Positions 58,887-64,000 of a stretch of 64,000 nt of DNA are shown piece after piece. The DNA is from Oscillospiraceae bacterium (lineage in GTDB: Bacteria > Bacillota > Clostridia > UMGS1883 > UMGS1540), in NCBI GenBank assembly GCA_015068765.1, contig SVJY01000004.1, positions 8,888 through 72,887 of the forward strand, read 5' to 3'. Numbering within the stretch: position 1 is the first letter of the stretch; every line of letters starts with the position of its first letter. The translations under genes and the position numbers were made by a program. Below the pieces are notes generated by a model, which saw only the letters and a list, made by a program, of their open reading frames with translations, did no database searches and had not been told where the DNA came from.

Positions 58887-60135
58887 AAACAGCGAACAGC
58901 GTGAACGTGTTATCCTGGTAGGTGCACATCGGAATTTACAAAACCATCTGGAGGATACCTCAGCCGAGTCCATGCACGAGCTTGCCCAGCTTGCCGAAAC
59001 TGCCGGGGCCGAGGTCCTGGGCGAAATTGTCCAAAACCGAGAGGCGGCGGACCGTGCCACCTTTATCGGTGAAGGTAAATTGCTGGAAATAAAGGAAATG
59101 GCGGAAAATCTGGAAGCAACGCTCCTGATTTTTGATGATGAGCTGACAGGGTCACAGCTAAAAAATATTGAAAAAATCACAGAATGCAGTGTCATTGACC
59201 GCAGTGCCCTGATTTTGGATATTTTCGCCGGGCGGGCACTTTCCGGTGAAGGCAAGCTGCAGGTGGAGCTGGCACAGCTGAAATATAACCTGCCCCGGCT
59301 GACCGGGGGCTACCAGTCTCTGTCCCGTCTGGGCGGCGGTATCGGGACGAGAGGCCCGGGCGAAACGAAGCTGGAGTCGGACCGGCGGCATATCCGCAGC
59401 CGGATCACCGCACTGGAAAAGGAGATTGCGGAGCTGAGCCGTCACCGAGAACTTCTCCGGGCACGGCGACGGAAGAACGAGGTGCCCACTGCCGCACTCG
59501 TCGGTTATACAAATGCCGGAAAATCCACGCTGCTTAACGCCTTGACGGATGCAGGGGTGCTTGCGGAAAACATGCTGTTTGCCACCTTGGACCCTACTGT
59601 CCGTGCACTTAGCATGGAGGACGGACGGGAAGCTATGCTGATTGACACGGTAGGCTTTATCCGAAAGCTTCCGCATCATCTGATCGAAGCCTTCAAATCC
59701 ACACTGGAGGAAGCAGTTACGGCAGATGTTCTGGTGCACGTCATTGATGCCTCCAGCCCGGAAATGGAAAACCAGATTGCGGTTGTAGAGCGGCTCCTCC
59801 ACTCCCTCGGCTGTGGAGACAAGCCCATACTTTCTGTTTTTAACAAATGCGATATAGCAGGGTTTACGCCCCGTCCCCCCCTTCCGGAAAAGGCGGTGTA
59901 TATTTCCGCAAAGAACGGCGATGGGCTGGAGACACTCCTGTCACAGCTGGACGAGCTTCTGCCCGGAAAGCGGCGAAAAATGGAGCTTTTGATTCCCTAT
60001 ACGGACGGCAATCTTCTCCATACAATCCGCACCGAGGGCGAGCTCCTTTCTGAGGACTATACCCCGGAGGGAACGGCTGTAATCTGTATGGCAGATGCGG
60101 CACTGTATGCAAAGCTTAAAAAATACCAGCGTTAG
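58879..60135 (+). CDS. hflX: GTPase HflX
   Basis: HflX N-domain, G-domain (GYTNAGKSTLLNALT, DTVGF, NKCD). Confidence 0.9.
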   Translation: MYENSEQRERVILVGAHRNLQNHLEDTSAESMHELAQLAETAGAEVLGEIVQNREAADRATFIGEGKLLEIKEMAENLEATLLIFDDELTGSQLKNIEKITECSVIDRSALILDIFAGRALSGEGKLQVELAQLKYNLPRLTGGYQSLSRLGGGIGTRGPGETKLESDRRHIRSRITALEKEIAELSRHRELLRARRRKNEVPTAALVGYTNAGKSTLLNALTDAGVLAENMLFATLDPTVRALSMEDGREAMLIDTVGFIRKLPHHLIEAFKSTLEEAVTADVLVHVIDASSPEMENQIAVVERLLHSLGCGDKPILSVFNKCDIAGFTPRPPLPEKAVYISAKNGDGLETLLSQLDELLPGKRRKMELLIPYTDGNLLHTIRTEGELLSEDYTPEGTAVICMADAALYAKLKKYQR

Positions 60136-60146
60136 GAGGGAGCCTT

Positions 60147-60785
60147 TTGCAAGATTATAAAACCGTAGCGGACGAGGCTACCGCAGAATTTACCGAAAAA
60201 CGTTCCCGCTTTATTGCGCAGGTTGCCCCCGTCCAAAAAGAGGAGGAGGCACTCGCCTTTTTAGAGTCGGTGCGTGCTGTGCACCGGGAGGCACGGCATA
60301 ATGTGTATGCCTATATTTGCCGAGAAAACAACGTGAGCCGGTACAGTGATGACGGAGAGCCCTCCGGCACGGCCGGTCTCCCGGTCTTGAATGTGCTGAC
60401 AAAGCAGGGGCTTACCGACGTGTGCGTGGTGGTGACCCGGTATTTCGGCGGCATACTGCTGGGTGCAGGCGGTCTTGCCCGTGCCTATGGCAAAAGTGCG
60501 GCGGACGGCGTTCTTGCCGCCGGCGTTTGCGAAATGATTCATTCTGCCGTCTATCAATTAACCGTGGAATACCCTCTCTTAGGAAAATTACAGTATACAA
60601 TCGGGGAAAAAGGCTACCGGATTCTGGAAACGGATTTCGGTGCCGTACCGACGCTCACCGTCTGTACCCGCAGTGCGGACGGCGAAGCACTTTGTAAAAC
60701 CCTGACCGATAGTACCGGTGGCAAAATCCGGATTACACCTTGTGGCACACGGTACTGTATGCAACGACACAAGGAGGAAAACTAA
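60147..60785 (+). CDS. yigZ: YigZ/IMPACT family protein
   Basis: KRSRFIAQV ... YAYI IMPACT N-domain motifs plus C-terminal domain. Confidence 0.85.
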   Translation: MQDYKTVADEATAEFTEKRSRFIAQVAPVQKEEEALAFLESVRAVHREARHNVYAYICRENNVSRYSDDGEPSGTAGLPVLNVLTKQGLTDVCVVVTRYFGGILLGAGGLARAYGKSAADGVLAAGVCEMIHSAVYQLTVEYPLLGKLQYTIGEKGYRILETDFGAVPTLTVCTRSADGEALCKTLTDSTGGKIRITPCGTRYCMQRHKEEN

Positions 60786-60786
60786 T

Positions 60787-61281
60787 ATGGAAGCATACAG
60801 CTGTTGTTTTACGGGACACCGGATGATTCGCCGGGAGGACTTTGACGGCGTGCTGGATTCCCTGCGGCACGCTCTGCCTATTTTTGCTGATTCCGGAGTA
60901 AATGAATTTATTTGCGGCGGTGCCCTCGGCTTTGATACGCTGGCGGCACAGGAGGTACTGCGTCTGAAAAAGGATTTCCCCCTCGTCCGCCTTTCTCTGG
61001 TTCTGCCTTGCAAGGACCAGTCCGCACGGTGGACAGCCGCCCAGAAGGAGACCTACGCATCGATTTTAGAAAAAGCTGACCATACGGAATGTCTCTTTGA
61101 CAAATACGTACCCGGCTGTATGCAGATGCGAAACCGCCGTATGGTGGATAGGTCGCATGTTTGTATTGCCTACTATACCGGTCGCCCCGGCGGCACGGAT
61201 TACACTGTAAAATATGCCAAAGAAAAAGGCGTTCGCCTTTTATTTGTCCCCATGAAGGAGGAGAGCGTATGGGAAGCTTGA
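60787..61281 (+). CDS. DUF1273 / SLOG-family (YpsA-like) protein
   Basis: CFTGHR motif near the N-terminus, Rossmann-like SLOG fold. Start at MEAYSCC with AAGGAGGAAAA RBS. Confidence 0.6.
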   Translation: MEAYSCCFTGHRMIRREDFDGVLDSLRHALPIFADSGVNEFICGGALGFDTLAAQEVLRLKKDFPLVRLSLVLPCKDQSARWTAAQKETYASILEKADHTECLFDKYVPGCMQMRNRRMVDRSHVCIAYYTGRPGGTDYTVKYAKEKGVRLLFVPMKEESVWEA

Positions 61282-62123
61282 CAGATCCCCGTTATATCCG
61301 GGCACTTTGTGAAAAATACGACTTCCGTTTAAAAAAATCGCTTGGGCAGAATTTTCTCCATGACAATGCTGTACTGGAGGAAATTGTGGACGCCGCCCTT
61401 CCCGAAGGTGGAGGCGTTTTGGAAATCGGCCCCGGCTTCGGCGTGCTGACCGAAGCACTTGCCGGTCGGGCAGAGAAGGTTGTGGCAGTCGAAATCGATG
61501 ACCGGCTTCTCCCCGTCCTCGCCGACACGCTGGCCGCCTTTGACAATATCTCCGTTGTGCACGGTGACGTTTTAAAGCTCGATTTACCTCGGCTCCTTGC
61601 CGAGCAGTTCGGGGATATGCCCGTCTCCGTTGCCGCAAATCTGCCCTATTACATCACCACACCGATTTTACTGGCACTTTTAGAAAAAAATCTGCCTCTT
61701 CGCCGCATCGTCGTCATGATGCAGAAGGAGGTGGCGGACCGGATTCTCGCCGCACCCGGCGGCAAGGACTACGGGGCACTGACTGTAGCGGTACAGTACC
61801 GGTGCGAGGTAGAACGGGTATGCCGCGTACCGGCCGCATCCTTTTTTCCGCCGCCCAAGGTGGATTCCGAGGTGCTTTGCCTTACGCTTCGCCAATCCCC
61901 TCTGGTAGAAACGAAGGACGAGGCCTATTTCTTCGCCCTTGTGCGGGCCGTGTTTGCCCAGCGGCGGAAAACCCTCGTAAACGGTCTTGCCAATGCAGGT
62001 CGCTTCGGCACAAAGGAGCAAATTTCCGCCGCCACAGAGCGAATGGGGCTTGCCCCTACTGTGCGAGGCGAAACCCTTTCAATCCCCCAGCTTGCCGCCC
62101 TCGCGGACCTTCTTTACGGATAA
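61269..62123 (+). CDS. rsmA: 16S rRNA (adenine1518/1519-N6)-dimethyltransferase
   Basis: KKSLGQNFL and VLEIGPGFGVLT SAM motifs. Start at MGSLTDP with AAGGAGGAG RBS, overlapping the upstream gene by 13 nt. Confidence 0.9.
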   Translation: MGSLTDPRYIRALCEKYDFRLKKSLGQNFLHDNAVLEEIVDAALPEGGGVLEIGPGFGVLTEALAGRAEKVVAVEIDDRLLPVLADTLAAFDNISVVHGDVLKLDLPRLLAEQFGDMPVSVAANLPYYITTPILLALLEKNLPLRRIVVMMQKEVADRILAAPGGKDYGALTVAVQYRCEVERVCRVPAASFFPPPKVDSEVLCLTLRQSPLVETKDEAYFFALVRAVFAQRRKTLVNGLANAGRFGTKEQISAATERMGLAPTVRGETLSIPQLAALADLLYG

Positions 62124-62146
62124 ATTAAAAAATCTGAAAAAAAGTG

Positions 62147-62175
62147 TTGCAATATTTAGAATTTTGTTGTATACT
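62147..62175 (+). promoter_or_regulatory. Sigma-70 promoter of pckG
   Basis: TTGCAA, 17 nt spacer, TATACT. Confidence 0.6.
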
Positions 62176-62223
62176 ATAGAATAGGTATATTTTTTAAAGC
62201 CATTATGCAAAGGAGTGTTTGAA

Positions 62224-63996
62224 TTGACAACGAATGCGAGTGTCAAGGCATGGCTTGACGATATGGTCGCCATGTGTAAGCCGGACGAAATTATCTGGAT
62301 TGACGGCAGTGAAGAACAACTGGAAGAGCTTCGCCGTGAAGCCTGTGCATCCGGTGAAATTTTGAAGCTGAACGAAGAAAAGCTTCCCGGCTGTTACTAT
62401 CACAGAACAGCAGAAAACGACGTTGCACGTGTTGAAGACAGAACCTTCATCTGTGCACGTACCAAGGAAGAAGCCGGTCCTACCAATAACTGGATGGATC
62501 CTGCTGAAATGTACGCAAAACTGCGTAACCTCTACAACGGCTCTATGAAAGGCCGCACCATGTATGTAGTTCCCTACTCCATGGGTCCTGTTGGCTCTCC
62601 CTTCTCCAAAATCGGTATTGAGCTGACAGACAGTATCTATGTAGTACTGAATATGGCTATCATGACCCGCGTTGGTACAGCGGTTATGGAATGCCTGGGT
62701 GACAATCCTGAATTTGTTAAGTGTCTCCACGCGAAGAAGGATGTAAATCCGGATGAGCGTTACATCGTACAGTTCCCCCAGGATTCCACGATCTGGTCCA
62801 TTAACTCCGCTTACGGCGGCAACGTTCTCCTGGGTAAAAAGTGCTTCGCACTGCGTATTGCTTCCTACCTGGGCTGGAAGGAAGGCTGGATGGCAGAGCA
62901 TATGCTGATCCTCGGCCTTGAAAATCCCAAGGGCGAAGTCAAATACATTGCAGCTGCATTCCCGTCTGCTTGCGGCAAGACGAACCTCGCCATGCTCATT
63001 CCCCCGGAATATCTCAAGGAAAAGGGCTACAAGGTTTGGACTGTCGGTGACGATATTGCATGGCTCCGCATAGGCCCGGATGGCAGACTCTATGCCATCA
63101 ACCCCGAAGCAGGCTTCTTCGGCGTTGCTCCCGGCACAAGCGAAAAGACAAACTTCAACGCTCTCGCTTCTACAAAGCAGGGCACTATCTTCACAAACGT
63201 TGCTATCAATAATGAAGATATGACGGTTTGGTGGGAAGGTCTTGATAAGAATCCCCCGACAGATGCAACCGAATGGAAGGGTGCAAAGGTTAACGGTAAG
63301 GAATTTACCGCAGAAGGCAACAAGCTGGCTCATCCCAACTCCCGCTTTACTGCACCTGCCAAGAACTGCCCCTGCATTTCTTCTGAATTTGAAAATCCTG
63401 CCGGTGTTCCGATTTCTGCAATCGTATTCGGCGGCAGACGTGCAAAGACTGCTCCCCTGGTATACCAGGCAAGAGATTGGGAGCACGGCGTGTTTGTAGG
63501 TGCTACCATGGCATCTGAAACCACCGCAGCAGCAGCCGGTGCCGTTGGCGTTGTCCGCCGCGACCCCATGGCAATGAAGCCCTTCTGCGGCTACAACATG
63601 GCTGATTACTTTGCACACTGGCTGGAAATGGGCGAAAAGCTGGGCGACAAGGCACCCGCTATCTTCCATGTAAACTGGTTCCGTCAGGACGAAAACGGCA
63701 ACTTCATGTGGCCCGGCTTCGGTGACAATATGCGTGTCCTCAACTGGATTTTAGACCGCTGCGAAGGCAAGGCAGACGCAAAGGAAACTGCAATCGGTTA
63801 CCTGCCGAAGGCAGAAGACCTGGATCTGACCGGTCTGGATATCGATGCCGCCACACTGGATGAGCTCCTCAGCGTTGATAAGGCTGTATGGGCAGGCGAA
63901 ATCGACGGTATCAAAGAATACTTTGCACAGTTTGGTGATAAGCTGCCTAAGGCGATTGCCGACCAGCTGGCAACACTAGAAAATAACCTGAAATAA
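62224..63996 (+). CDS. pckG: Phosphoenolpyruvate carboxykinase (GTP)
   Basis: GTP-PEPCK family (AAAFPSACGKTN kinase-1a, WMAEHMLILG, FGGRRA). TTG start at 62224 fits the AAAGGAG RBS better than the upstream GTG at 62215. Confidence 0.9.
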   Translation: MTTNASVKAWLDDMVAMCKPDEIIWIDGSEEQLEELRREACASGEILKLNEEKLPGCYYHRTAENDVARVEDRTFICARTKEEAGPTNNWMDPAEMYAKLRNLYNGSMKGRTMYVVPYSMGPVGSPFSKIGIELTDSIYVVLNMAIMTRVGTAVMECLGDNPEFVKCLHAKKDVNPDERYIVQFPQDSTIWSINSAYGGNVLLGKKCFALRIASYLGWKEGWMAEHMLILGLENPKGEVKYIAAAFPSACGKTNLAMLIPPEYLKEKGYKVWTVGDDIAWLRIGPDGRLYAINPEAGFFGVAPGTSEKTNFNALASTKQGTIFTNVAINNEDMTVWWEGLDKNPPTDATEWKGAKVNGKEFTAEGNKLAHPNSRFTAPAKNCPCISSEFENPAGVPISAIVFGGRRAKTAPLVYQARDWEHGVFVGATMASETTAAAAGAVGVVRRDPMAMKPFCGYNMADYFAHWLEMGEKLGDKAPAIFHVNWFRQDENGNFMWPGFGDNMRVLNWILDRCEGKADAKETAIGYLPKAEDLDLTGLDIDAATLDELLSVDKAVWAGEIDGIKEYFAQFGDKLPKAIADQLATLENNLK

Positions 63997-64000
63997 TCTC

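Noticed and set aside
62203-63669. 488-aa minus-strand ORF antisense to pckG
   Set aside because: Antisense shadow of a highly conserved GTP-PEPCK. Cys/Gly-rich nonsense translation.
1-64000. CRISPR arrays, transposases/IS elements, integrases, prophage structural genes
   Set aside because: No direct-repeat/spacer arrays and no recognisable transposase, integrase or phage motifs were seen. The only repeats are the 137-bp intergenic units and palindromes described in the findings.

Overview
Window from a Firmicutes (Clostridia-like) chromosome, about 55-58% GC by eye, and almost entirely housekeeping. Gene content, in order: a GyrB/ParE-type topoisomerase B-subunit C-terminal fragment, an EF-G paralog, uppP, ftsK, a multi-domain flavodiiron protein, an AraC regulator with a Gfo/Idh/MocA oxidoreductase and a ceramidase-like protein, rpsT, gltX, nrdR, rpiB, tsaB, a WalRK-like two-component pair, an eight-gene aromatic amino-acid biosynthesis operon on the minus strand (DAHP synthase, tyrA, aroB, aroA, aroC, pheA, an aroE-aroK fusion, aroQ), a TPP-riboswitch-controlled ThiT-like gene, asp23, mscL, nnr, a mazEF-like toxin-antitoxin pair followed by an XRE/S24 repressor-like gene, a SulP transporter, coaX with a PanT-like ECF S-component, an ArgJ-like protein, a YyaL thioredoxin-domain protein, an MsmX-like ABC ATPase, tyrS, mtnN, engB, mgsA, minD, mrdA, mreD, mreC, maf, tRNA-Gly(GCC), a FolT-like ECF S-component, hflX, a YigZ-family gene, rsmA and pckG. 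No canonical mobile elements, CRISPR arrays or known defense systems were seen. The most notable non-obvious signals are: (1) a 31-codon leader ORF with 9 Phe/Tyr codons in an 11-codon run, followed by an intrinsic terminator immediately upstream of the aro operon, a candidate ribosome-mediated Phe/Tyr attenuator; (2) a mazE-mazF-XRE/S24 tricistronic module whose S24 domain lacks the catalytic lysine; (3) a ~137-bp intergenic repeat present twice, each copy preceded by a different perfect GC-rich palindrome; (4) two AT-rich single-gene insertions encoding small membrane proteins, and a lower-GC secreted protein with an internal tandem duplication.
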